A stretch of 64,000 bases of DNA, taken from assembly GCA_019358935.1 (NCBI GenBank), contig JAHHIK010000029.1:1-64000 (forward strand), written 5' to 3'. The position numbers were made by a program, and so were the translations under genes. The notes below the pieces were generated by a model. It had not been told where the DNA came from. It ran no database searches and saw nothing but the letters and a program-made list of their open reading frames with translations. This DNA comes from Tolypothrix carrinoi HA7290-LM1. Lineage in GTDB: Bacteria; Cyanobacteriota; Cyanobacteriia; Cyanobacteriales; Nostocaceae. This document shows positions 1-10,100 of this stretch, piece after piece (the first letter of the stretch is position 1; each line of letters starts with the position of its first letter).

Positions 1-2
1 AC

Positions 3-113
3 GAGTTAAAAACTAGGGTAGTGAAAATTCTGGAAGCGCTGACTGTTGATGTCATCACTTCTTTGGCAGCTTGGGATTACATTATCCAAGCATTATCTGT
101 AGCAGGTATTTAA
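3..113 (+). mobile_element. 3' end of an IS630-family transposase gene (truncated by the window edge)
   Basis: Frame 3 reads ELKTRVVKILEALTVDVITSLAAWDYIIQALSVAGI*, which resembles the C-terminus of cyanobacterial IS630 transposases. It is followed by AAAATGGTAT (115-124), a plausible terminal repeat. Confidence 0.6.
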
Positions 114-155
114 CAAAATGGTATCAACAGTAGATGGTATGCATAGCCCAGGATC

Positions 156-163
156 GCGATCGC
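156..163. repeat. HIP1 octamer GCGATCGC (one example; recurs throughout the window)
   Basis: Also at 608, 1652, 3021 and many other sites; a cyanobacterial genome signature. Confidence 0.9.
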
Positions 164-290
164 ACGCCCCTTAAATTGACCATCCTCAATGCTGAAGAGC
201 GAACATTGCCAGGATGCCTGCAACAACCACAGACTCACCTTCACTTTTTTATACCTGTACTCAACTTCGGCTTTTTAGTAGTTTTGAACT

Positions 291-327
291 CTTAGAGGAG
301 TGAGCGCCGACTTTTAGTCTAAACTCC
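291..327 (-). mobile_element. Possible transposon terminal inverted repeat (Tn3-like) at the thioesterase breakpoint
   Basis: Minus strand reads GGAGTTTAGACTAAAAGTCGGCGCTCACTCCTCTAAG (37 bp, GG...TAAG, similar in length and ends to Tn3-type 38-bp IRs). It begins exactly where thioesterase homology stops. No partner IR is visible in the window. Confidence 0.35.
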
Positions 328-840
328 AGTAGGAATAAGCAGTTGTATTAATTCGGTGTTTTCCAACACTGAAGCAGGTGTACCATTGAGACGGCGAAGC
401 TCTTGTTTAAACTCAGTTTCTGGTAGTGCGTGGATGGGTGGTTTTGGTGAGGAAATTTGAGGAGCGCGGCTAGCAGAAACAAATAGGTGAACTGGATTTT
501 TACCATGTTCTTTGCGAAGATTCTGAGCAAGTTAAAAACTGAGTAATCCACCCATACTATGACCGAAGAAAGCGAATGGTTTGTCTAAATATGGGAGGAG
601 GATGGGAGCGATCGCGGTAACTAGAGCTTCCATTCGTGTAAATGGAGGTGATTTCATCTGCGTTCCCCGTCCTGGAAGTTCTACAGGACAAATTTCAATA
701 TTTTTAGGTAAGCTCGAAGCCCATGTGCGAAAAGTTAAAGAGCTACCACCTGCATAGGGAAAGCAAAATAATCGCAAGTCAGCTTGAAGATTAGGTTTAG
801 GACAGGTAACGCAGGAGTTAAATTGGTGTGTAGTTTTCAT
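328..840 (-). pseudogene. Type II (editing) thioesterase pseudogene
   Basis: RLFCFPYAGG and GHSMG motifs. In-frame TAA at 532-534 where Glu is expected (SF*LAQNLRK). The same frame continues HLFVSASRAP...LRRLNGTP...LLIPT, then breaks at 327 before the expected LRAD motif. Confidence 0.85.
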
Positions 841-858
841 GATCTATCTTTTAAATTG

Positions 859-896
859 CACTTTTTGCGGTTATGTTGCAAAAACCGCAAAAAGTG
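859..896. terminator. Perfect 14-bp stem-loop (terminator or RNA-stability hairpin)
   Basis: CACTTTTTGCGGTT-(10 nt)-AACCGCAAAAAGTG, between the SDR stop and the TEII start. Confidence 0.5.
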
Positions 897-1002
897 ATCT
901 GATTTGGAGGGGTGCTTACGGTTATTTAACATTCGAGGTTAAGCTCTAGACAATTTATATTCCCGTAAATCAACGCACCTATCTCTAGCTTTGGAGTCTA
1001 AT

Positions 1003-1887
1003 CTAACTGGCAACTTGGATTTTATCCGCTACAACCTCGTCAAATGCAATATTCATAGAGACTTCCTTCCAAGTATCCAATTCTCCTTTCATAACCTCCA
1101 GTGCATATTCAATTGTTTCAACTGCATCTACTCCTAAGGCTAATCTCTGTGGTGGGTTGTCACTATCAACCACTTGAATTATTGCTAAAGCGGCTTTTTT
1201 AGGATCGCCTAGTTGTGTGCCATGAGAATGCAACATCCCTAGACGATTGTTATCAACCAATTGTTTATAATCATCTATTTGACTATCATTGATAACAAAA
1301 GAACGTGTAACAAAATCTGTACGAAGTCCGCCCGGTTTAACTGCTGTGACTTTTATACCAAACGGTGCAACTTCGTTAGCTAATGAAGCGGAAATTCCTT
1401 CTAATGCCAGTTTGCTACTGCCGTAAAATCCACCAGATGGTTCTGCCATGAAGCTAGCCATTGATGAAATATTGAGGATATGTCCACTGCGTTGCTGTCG
1501 CATATAAGGTAGTACTGCTCGGAGCGTCTCTAAGACACCAAAAAAGTTTGTTTCAAATTGGTAGCGAACTGCTTCATCACTAACTTCTTCAATTACCCCT
1601 CCAATCTTACATCCGGCATTATTAACGAGTACATCAATACGCCCAAAGTTAGCGATCGCCTTTTTCACAGCTTCCCTTACCTCTTCAGGTTTCGTTACAT
1701 CAAGTTGTACTGCTAATGTGCGATCCGGAAAGCTTGCCGCTAAATCTTCTACGTGCTGTGGATTTCGTGCTGTTAGTACCACTGTCTCGCCTTGCTCAAG
1801 CACTGTTTCTGCTAATGCTCGACCAAAACCACTTGAGCAACCAGTGATAAACCATATCCGTGTCTTTTGAACTGAGGACGTTATCAT
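1003..1887 (-). CDS. Short-chain dehydrogenase/reductase (classical SDR)
   Basis: TGCSSGFG, NNAG, NISS and YGSSK motifs are intact. Confidence 0.9.
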   Translation of the reverse strand: MITSSVQKTRIWFITGCSSGFGRALAETVLEQGETVVLTARNPQHVEDLAASFPDRTLAVQLDVTKPEEVREAVKKAIANFGRIDVLVNNAGCKIGGVIEEVSDEAVRYQFETNFFGVLETLRAVLPYMRQQRSGHILNISSMASFMAEPSGGFYGSSKLALEGISASLANEVAPFGIKVTAVKPGGLRTDFVTRSFVINDSQIDDYKQLVDNNRLGMLHSHGTQLGDPKKAALAIIQVVDSDNPPQRLALGVDAVETIEYALEVMKGELDTWKEVSMNIAFDEVVADKIQVAS

Positions 1888-1918
1888 AAAAATTCTCCAT
1901 TTTTAACAAGCGTTATTA

Positions 1919-2143
<225 letters not shown>

Positions 2144-2362
2144 AATTGACCTCTTCATATTTATGAGTTATGCCTTGTTTTTGAATTATCCCATTACTGA
2201 AATTGATGTCATTTTTTACGTGAACATGCTTTCCTATTGTTGCCATATTGTAACTTTTTATAAAATATTTTCGCAATCTACTGGAATTTTTACATCATAA
2301 ATAGATGTTTGCTTATAACCAGAATAACATACATTGAAATAATAGCAACCTCTTATTCATAA

Positions 2363-3730
2363 TTAATTATTTTCATTAATCATTTTTAAATTAGTAAATT
2401 CTCTAAATGTTACAAAAAAAACTATTAACATAAATAAAAAATCTGCCAAAATTATTCCATAATATATACCTTTTAATCCAATCGTATTTGAAAATAATAG
2501 CATTATTGGCACATTCAAAACTATAGTTTTAAAAAAAAGTACTAATAATACAATTTTACCTTTGCCTATAGATAAAAAAAGAGTATTACTAAAGTTTGCT
2601 AAAGGCCATATCGGTATTAATATATTGAGAATTCTAAAATTTAGTGCATCATCTTCGGTAAAATTAGCGTTTGGCAGAATTAGATTCAAGAATATCCTTG
2701 GATCTAATTGTAAAGGCAACCAAATTAATATTAACAAAATAGTTCCAATGATTGCAAAAGTTAAGTATGCTTTTTTGACCCTATTATAATTTTTGGCTCC
2801 ATAATTCATACCAATGATAGGTTGTAAGGCGTTGGCGAAACCAATGATAGGAATAAATATCATTGAAGCCACTTTTAATGTTGCTCCATAGAAAGCAATA
2901 TCATTATTTGTTCCGTAATTAGAAATTAAATTAAAAATTACAAAATCTTGAATTAATACCACAACTGGATAAAATAGTGCTGATATTCCCACTGATAAGA
3001 TTGCAGGTAGTAAATCTATTGCGATCGCTAACTTTTTAGGATTAACTGGGATAGAACTTTTACCAGCAAGAAAATAGGCTAAATTAACAATGCTAAAAAC
3101 AACTATTGCCATAACTGTAGCGAGAGCAATACCTTGGGTTCCCCAATGAAATACACTAGTAAATATATAATTTAATAAAATATTAACAATAACAAAAATC
3201 AAGTAAAATATTGTGGTTAACCTAATTTGTCCTTCTGATTTTATGACCTCGATACAAGCTTCCGCTATTATCAAAAAAACTGAACCGAGGATATAAGTCT
3301 TAAAATATTTTGTGCCTTCGGAAGCAACTTCACCACTTCCTCCCATAAATACAATTAATTCTTCACCAAATTTGTAACCAATAATTGTAATAAACAAAGA
3401 GATTGCAACACTCATCACTGTGAGGTTGCCAAATACTTTAGACTGAGTTTTAATATCTCCCGAACCAATAGCTCGACTAAGAACAGAAGCGGAACCTACC
3501 CCAATTAAGAGACCAAATCCATTAACTATACTTATAAGTGGTAATGCAAGTGAGATACCAGCCAAAGCAGTTTCACCAATGAATCTTCCGGCAAATAAAG
3601 CATCAATAAAACCGTTTAAACTAAGCATCAGTATACCCAGAGTGCTGGGAATAGATAACTTGAACATCAGTTTGATCAGATTGCCTTGAAGGATTTCATT
3701 TGTGATTTCAGATTGTTTTTGTAAAGTCAT
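2363..3730 (-). CDS. MATE family efflux transporter
   Basis: 455-aa polytopic membrane protein with KLSIP..G, IDALFAGRFIG, G..GIALAT and IIGMNYGA MATE motifs. Confidence 0.9.
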   Translation of the reverse strand: MTLQKQSEITNEILQGNLIKLMFKLSIPSTLGILMLSLNGFIDALFAGRFIGETALAGISLALPLISIVNGFGLLIGVGSASVLSRAIGSGDIKTQSKVFGNLTVMSVAISLFITIIGYKFGEELIVFMGGSGEVASEGTKYFKTYILGSVFLIIAEACIEVIKSEGQIRLTTIFYLIFVIVNILLNYIFTSVFHWGTQGIALATVMAIVVFSIVNLAYFLAGKSSIPVNPKKLAIAIDLLPAILSVGISALFYPVVVLIQDFVIFNLISNYGTNNDIAFYGATLKVASMIFIPIIGFANALQPIIGMNYGAKNYNRVKKAYLTFAIIGTILLILIWLPLQLDPRIFLNLILPNANFTEDDALNFRILNILIPIWPLANFSNTLFLSIGKGKIVLLVLFFKTIVLNVPIMLLFSNTIGLKGIYYGIILADFLFMLIVFFVTFREFTNLKMINENN

Positions 3731-3755
3731 TTTTTAGTGTTTGGATTGTTACAGT

Positions 3756-4772
3756 TTACTCAACCTTAACTAAACGGTTAATGCGATACTGCTTTACTGC
3801 TTCTAACTCCATCTGTTTTGCTGAGTTGAATGCACTCATAACCTCATTGCAGATTTCAATTCTGGCTTCATAAGCACCTGATACACTGCCATTTGGAGCT
3901 ACAAAATCAATACGGACTTCTGCCCAATCAGCATTCTGTTTTTCAGTAACTTCTTCCATAGCAAGGACTCTGCCAGCTTTCAAATAGTCAAGCCAAGCCC
4001 AGCCAAACTGCATCCAAATTTCGCGCTCGGCAAGTTGCTCAAATTTGCTTAAACCAGTCCATCCTCGGTAGTATTGACGCAAATCAGAGACTGAACCATT
4101 TCGGTTTACCAGTAAATCCAATACATCTAGTTCTAAATGTCCCCATAAGCATCCTTGGGGTAAATCAACTAAGGTAGGAGCAAACTGATGACCACCAAAA
4201 TGAGTTGTTTGCCATACTCTTAACTTTCCTTGGGAAGCAGGAGCATATTCTTTACGTAATTTTCGATATATGGGAGTCCCAAATCTGCCACAGGCAAGGT
4301 CTACTTGAGCATGGGTGCAAACCATGAGTTCGCGAATGTGACTCGTTTGTTGATGATATTGCTGAAATTGCAATAAATCGTTGGGTTGTTGCATTAACTG
4401 CTTGAATATTGCTGTTACCAAAGCAGCGACTTTGCTTTCTGGAACAATAAACTCCTGTTTCTCAAACTGAGAAAACAAATTTGCAGAGCGATAGTAGTAC
4501 AATACGCGGGTAAACCCAGGATGAGAGTACTCACGGTCAGGAGCAATTAACATCGGTTTCAACTTGACCCCATGCTTAAAAACTAACTCCTGGAATAAAC
4601 CCATCAATAACTTGGTAGTTGGATTTTCCTGAAAGATTTCTTGCGACCAAGGTTGGGGAATTTCCATAATCAGCCAATGGTCACAAGTACCTGCTGTACC
4701 AATTGGATCTTCTCCGTTAGCTTTAGAAACTAAAGAACAAAAACGACAATTTTTTGTGAGTAAATGTTCCAC
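3756..4772 (-). CDS. Sucrase/ferredoxin-like (2Fe-2S thioredoxin-fold) protein
   Basis: CS...GEDPIGTA, MVCTH...DLACGRFG and HFGGHQFAPT motifs. Confidence 0.85.
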   Translation of the reverse strand: MEHLLTKNCRFCSLVSKANGEDPIGTAGTCDHWLIMEIPQPWSQEIFQENPTTKLLMGLFQELVFKHGVKLKPMLIAPDREYSHPGFTRVLYYYRSANLFSQFEKQEFIVPESKVAALVTAIFKQLMQQPNDLLQFQQYHQQTSHIRELMVCTHAQVDLACGRFGTPIYRKLRKEYAPASQGKLRVWQTTHFGGHQFAPTLVDLPQGCLWGHLELDVLDLLVNRNGSVSDLRQYYRGWTGLSKFEQLAEREIWMQFGWAWLDYLKAGRVLAMEEVTEKQNADWAEVRIDFVAPNGSVSGAYEARIEICNEVMSAFNSAKQMELEAVKQYRINRLVKVE

Positions 4773-4822
4773 TTTTTTAGAGAAGTTAGTGTTTTCTAAA
4801 AATGATGTAGTAGCAGTAAATT

Positions 4823-5713
4823 TTAATCCAATCCCATTCCTTTTCGTATTCCACCAAAATAAAAAGTGTCATGAAAATATTGATAAGGTACTAATCTTTT
4901 CAACAAAGCATATAACCGAAGTTCCCACGGTGATTGTGTGACAAAATATTGTCTTTTAGGTTTGGGAGCTTCTAAAGCCTCCAAAATTGCATCTGTTACT
5001 TTTTCAAGTGGTAAACCTGTCGTGCGATTGCCCTTAACAGCTGCTTGCATATATATTTTGTAGTTGTTACCATATATAGCTTTCGCTTCAGTTGACATAT
5101 TGGCTAATGTTTTTTGGTATCCTGTTTCTACTTTGTCAGCCTGTTCTGGGGTAACTATTCCTCCTGGTAAGATGGAAAGAACCTCAATTCCACTAGAACG
5201 TAATTCCATTCGCAAAGAATCTGTAATAGCTTCAAGCGCAAATTTTGAAGCAGATAAGAGTCCTCTATACGGTAGAGCTATTCTGCCGCAAATCGCACTG
5301 ATATTGATAATTCGACCTTTGGCTTTGCGGAGCATTGGTAAGAAAGCTTGGGTCACTGCAATTTGACCGACAACATTTACTTCAAAATTCCATCTGATGT
5401 CATCAATTGGTACACACTCCAGTGGTCCATCTACTGCTAAAACTGCATTATTAATTAATGCGAATAATCCTTCATTGCCGCTCGCTAGTGAGATAAATTC
5501 CGCAGCAGATTTAATTTGTTCTGCTTTTGTGATGTCTATGATAATAGGTGTTAAATCACCAGATGCAGCCTGCTTGAGCAACTCAGCATCTTTGTCTGTG
5601 CGGACTCCCGCAAAAACGCGATATTCTTCTTTGTCCAATAAAAGCGCGGTTGCTCTACCTAAACCTGTGGATGTTCCCGTAATGAATACATTACCTTTAT
5701 TACTCTTTGTCAT
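4823..5713 (-). CDS. SDR-family oxidoreductase with atypical catalytic residues
   Basis: TGTSTGLG Rossmann motif present. YxxxK reads LSASK (Tyr replaced by Leu). Likely start is MTKSNK at 5713; the ORF track extends to 5812. Confidence 0.85.
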   Translation of the reverse strand: MTKSNKGNVFITGTSTGLGRATALLLDKEEYRVFAGVRTDKDAELLKQAASGDLTPIIIDITKAEQIKSAAEFISLASGNEGLFALINNAVLAVDGPLECVPIDDIRWNFEVNVVGQIAVTQAFLPMLRKAKGRIINISAICGRIALPYRGLLSASKFALEAITDSLRMELRSSGIEVLSILPGGIVTPEQADKVETGYQKTLANMSTEAKAIYGNNYKIYMQAAVKGNRTTGLPLEKVTDAILEALEAPKPKRQYFVTQSPWELRLYALLKRLVPYQYFHDTFYFGGIRKGMGLD

Positions 5714-5798
5714 ATCTACTTCCTCTGTAATGAAAGATGTTTTTAAACCTAAAAAAGTAAATTCAGAAATTTGAGATATATCCGGAGCGGAACCAAGA

Positions 5799-7175
5799 CT
5801 AAACTGAACCAACAGCTAATGGCTGCAACTGTCCTTGATGCTGATGCCGACCACGCATGACCATCTTCACGCCGCTAGCTGGATAACAAATCAGACCTCC
5901 AAATTTGGGACGTTCTGGGCGCTGACTGACTAGCTCTAATTCATAACGTGAAAGAATGGTTGCTAATACAAGTTTCATTTCAAATAGAGCAAAAGTCCCG
6001 CCAATACACACACGAGAACCGCCACCAAATGGGAGAAATTCGTAGGGAGAAAATTGTTTTTCTGAAAAGCGCTCTGGCTGAAATTCTTTTGGCTTTGGGT
6101 ATAAATCTTCGCGCTGATGTGTGGAATAAATATTACCAATAAGTATTGTACCGGGATTCAACTCGTAGCCCATCACCTCAACGGTCGATTCTACCAATCT
6201 AGGAAATGCAAATAACTGAGTTGGGTAAATTCGCAAAGCTTCGTTACAAACAGCACTTAGGTAGGGAAGTGCGGCAATGTTCATGGGGTCTGGGTTTTCA
6301 CCCAGGCTGTCGAGTTCTTCCAGGAGGCGATCGCGAACATCTCTTATACAATGAATCCAGTACAGCGACCAACTAATGGCAGTTCCTGAAGCATCACTAG
6401 CTGCAAATATAGGCGATAATAACAGATCGCGCACCTCTTCATCGCTTAATGTTTCACCTGTTTCATCACAAGCAAATATCAGATCGGAAAGTATATCAGT
6501 GCGTGAAGAATCTGCTTGCTGGCGACGTTCTTCAACCTCAGCCGATAGCAATTGAAAAAGTTCTCGCCTCAGGTGAAGACGATATCCCTGTGGACTCCAT
6601 CGACCTAAATCCCGTTGTCCAAGAATATTCCCAAGAATCTTATCTATAAAAGATTGTCCTTCTCTAAGCGCAGACACAAATAAATGTTTGATTTTGTCAT
6701 AACGCTCTCCTTCACACAAACCCATGACAACTTCTATACCGACTCGCAAGGTAATATCTTCAATGGTCGGGTATGCAACGAAAGGCTTTCCAACCACCTG
6801 TTTACTCATAATCTTTTCTGTGAGTTCACAGATACGTCGTCCACAGGCTTGCATCCGCGCTCCGTGAAAAGATTGCATTAAGAGCTTACGCCGATTTTTA
6901 TGAATTAAACCATCAAGTTGAAGAACTCCTTGATTTCCTGTCATCAAGGCGAAACCTTGGTTTAACACACCTCTAGCTGCAATTTCCTTAGTATTTGTGA
7001 AAATCTCCTTTATTCCTAAGGAATTGCTGACATAAACTATTGGTGTAGAACCAGACATTAGAGTGACAATATCACCATAACGTTTGGAAATAGCATCCAT
7101 ATAGCCAAAGGGATCAGCCTCGAATTGCAGATTTAGTAGCCAGAAGGGTGTTCTCGGGCCTGGAGGTAGTTTCAT
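5799..7175 (-). CDS. Cytochrome P450 (CYP110-like)
   Basis: EALR (ExxR), PERF and FGGGSRVCIG heme-Cys motifs. Confidence 0.95.
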   Translation of the reverse strand: MKLPPGPRTPFWLLNLQFEADPFGYMDAISKRYGDIVTLMSGSTPIVYVSNSLGIKEIFTNTKEIAARGVLNQGFALMTGNQGVLQLDGLIHKNRRKLLMQSFHGARMQACGRRICELTEKIMSKQVVGKPFVAYPTIEDITLRVGIEVVMGLCEGERYDKIKHLFVSALREGQSFIDKILGNILGQRDLGRWSPQGYRLHLRRELFQLLSAEVEERRQQADSSRTDILSDLIFACDETGETLSDEEVRDLLLSPIFAASDASGTAISWSLYWIHCIRDVRDRLLEELDSLGENPDPMNIAALPYLSAVCNEALRIYPTQLFAFPRLVESTVEVMGYELNPGTILIGNIYSTHQREDLYPKPKEFQPERFSEKQFSPYEFLPFGGGSRVCIGGTFALFEMKLVLATILSRYELELVSQRPERPKFGGLICYPASGVKMVMRGRHQHQGQLQPLAVGSV

Positions 7176-7193
7176 TAGTCTTTTTTACTCCCA

Positions 7194-10100
7194 TTATTTA
7201 TTTAGTTTGCACACAGCATTATCGATACAATTTCTCAGATGTTTAGCTAATTGTTGAATATGAGGTTCGACGAAAATCGAGAAATGATCCCCTGGAACAT
7301 CAATTACTTGAATAGGTTGACTATAATATTTACCCCAGCCTAGTAAGGGGTCATCAGTACTCCATTCTGGATTGTCAAAGTCATGAATAATCTCCTCCTT
7401 AGCTCGAAATAGAGTTATGGACTGAGGATAAACCAGGGGAACATAATCTCGCATGGCTTGGACATGTGCTCTGAAAAGTTTGTAATAATGGAGAAAATCT
7501 TCAACCTCTGTATCGCTAAAGATAAAGTTTGCTTTTTTATTTACTAAATGAAATTGCTCATTTAGTGGTAAAACTCGAAGTTCCTCAAAAGGAATTGAAA
7601 AATCTATATTATTGTTGGTTTTTATCGATTCTGCCATGCGGAGTAAGAATTTTGCATCGTCATCTTTTGTAGATTCAATACGTGTTTCTGATAGTATGGT
7701 ATCGATAACAACTAACAAACCTACTGTTTGACTTTGCCTTTGCAATTGCTGCGCCATTTCAAAAGCAAGTACACCGCCGTAACAATGACCGCCTAAAAGA
7801 TAAGGACCATTTGGTTGTACTTGACGAATTTCTTTGAGGTAGCGAGTTGCCGTCTCCTCGACTGAAATAATTTCAGGTAAGTCTTGCTCTAGGGTATGTT
7901 CCAAGGCATAAAATGGATAGTCTTCCCCAAGTCTTCTGGACAATTTAAAGTAGTTATTAATACCTCCACCAGCGCCATGCATACAGAAAAAAGGTATCTT
8001 GGAACCAGAAGAGTTAATTGCTACCAGAGGAGAATTAGAACTCTCACGGGATGGCTGACTGACGATAGTTGCTAATTTTTCAATTGTTGGGTTTTCAAAA
8101 AGAGTAGACAGGGTAAGATTATGCTCAAATTTGTCCTCAATTTGAGCCATTAAGCGTACAGCTAAAAACGAGTGACCACCCAAGTCAAAGAAGTTATCTG
8201 TTACCCCAATAGGGTTAGTATTTAGGAGATTTTCCCAAAGTTTTACTAATGATAATTCTGTAAAATTACGAGGAGCGACGAAGGATTGGGTAGTATTTGG
8301 TCGAAGAACTTCATCAGTTATCAGAGAACGCTTGTCTACTTTGCCATTAGGTGTAAGTGGGAGCGCATCCAGTACAACGAAAGCAGATGGTAGCATGTAA
8401 TTAGGTAATTTCTGTTGCAAATCTGGCAACAGTTGTACAGCTATATCCTGTTTATCTGTGACGACATAGGCAATCAAACGCTGATTTTCTTGAGCATCAT
8501 CGCTAGCAATTACAACAGATTCTTGCACATCTGGATGTTGTGCGATCGCAGTTGCAATTTCACCCAATTCTACTCGAAAACCTCTAATTTTTACTTGTTC
8601 ATCATGGCGTCCAAAATATTCCAGATTACCATCTTTGAGATATCGTACTAAATCGCCTGTTTTGTAAAGTTTATTTCCGGGAATAAAGGGGTTATCAATA
8701 AACCGTTCCTGAGTTAATTCAGGACGATGCAAATATCCTCTTGCCAATCCATCACCACCAATATAAAGTTCACTGACAACTCCTACAGGTGTTGGTTGTA
8801 AATTGCGATTCAAAACATAAATCTGAGTATTATCGATAGGACGACCGATGGGGATACTGCTTGCTTGCTCTGGCAATAAACTCGTGTCGTAGTAAGTGGC
8901 GTTGGCGGAAACTTCCGATGAGCCGTAAAGGTTGATTAGTTTTGCAAATGGTATCAATTCTCGGAAAGTTTGAACTAACTTAACAGAAAGTGCTTCTCCG
9001 CTAGTTATCCAGAGTTTTAGCTGTGATAATTTCTTGGTCAGATGACTGTAATTATCAAGAAGTAAGCGCAGTAATGAGGGTACAAGTATGATACGAGTAA
9101 CTTTGTGATGCGCTAGAGTTTCTATAAATAATTGCGGGTCTAGTATAGTTGCATTGCTGATAATTACTGTAGGAATTCCTTGAAGTAAAGGAGCAAAAAT
9201 TTCCCAGACAGAATCTACAAAGCTAATAGCTGTTTTCTGACAACAAACTTCTCCTTGGGTAAAAGGATAGGTTTTCCATAACCAGTGTAAGCCGTTGACT
9301 GTACCGCGATGAGTGCCAAGAACACCTTTAGGAGTTCCGGTTGAGCCAGAAGTGTAGATAATATAGGCGAGATTATCAGATGAAGAGGTGCTAATGGGGT
9401 TTTCTGGACTTTCTTGAGCGATTTCGTCTTTGTGGATATCCAAGCAAACAGTTTTAGCAGAGGATAATGACAGTTTTTCTAATATCTCTTGTTGGGTAAT
9501 TAACACTGATGCTTGGGAATCAGAGAGCATAAAATTCAGACGCTCCACTGGATAACTTGGGTCAAGGGGAATGTAGGCTCCGCCAGCTTTGAGGACACCT
9601 AAAATTCCCACCACCATATCTATGGAGCGTTCCAAACATATAGCAACCAGGGTTTCTTTTGTTATACCCTGTTTTTGTAAATAATGTGCAAGCTGATTAA
9701 CTCTATGGTTAAGTTGACGATAAGTCAGTTCCTCAGACTGGCTAATTAATGCTAAAGAGTCAGGGGTTCGCTCGACTTGCTGCTCAAATAATTGATGCAG
9801 AGATACATCTTGAGGATAATCTGCACGAGTTTGATTAAACTTAAATAATAGTTGCTCTCGCTCAGAAGTAGTTAGTAACGACAACTCACTAAGGCGCTGC
9901 TCTGGATTAGTAACGATATTTTCCAACAAAGTCTGGAAATTGTTTATAAATTGGGTAATCGTTGTTGAATCAAAAATATCCGTGTTGTACTCCAAATATC
10001 CTGTTAATCCCTCTTGAGATTCAGACATTGATAGGAAAATATCTAGTTGAGCGGTACCGCTATCAAATTCCAAAGTACGCAAAGTTAATCCAGACACTTC

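Noticed and set aside
348..551. 67-aa ORF MDYSVFN...
   Set aside because: Alternative frame over the thioesterase pseudogene; the true TEII continuation is in the original frame after the premature stop.
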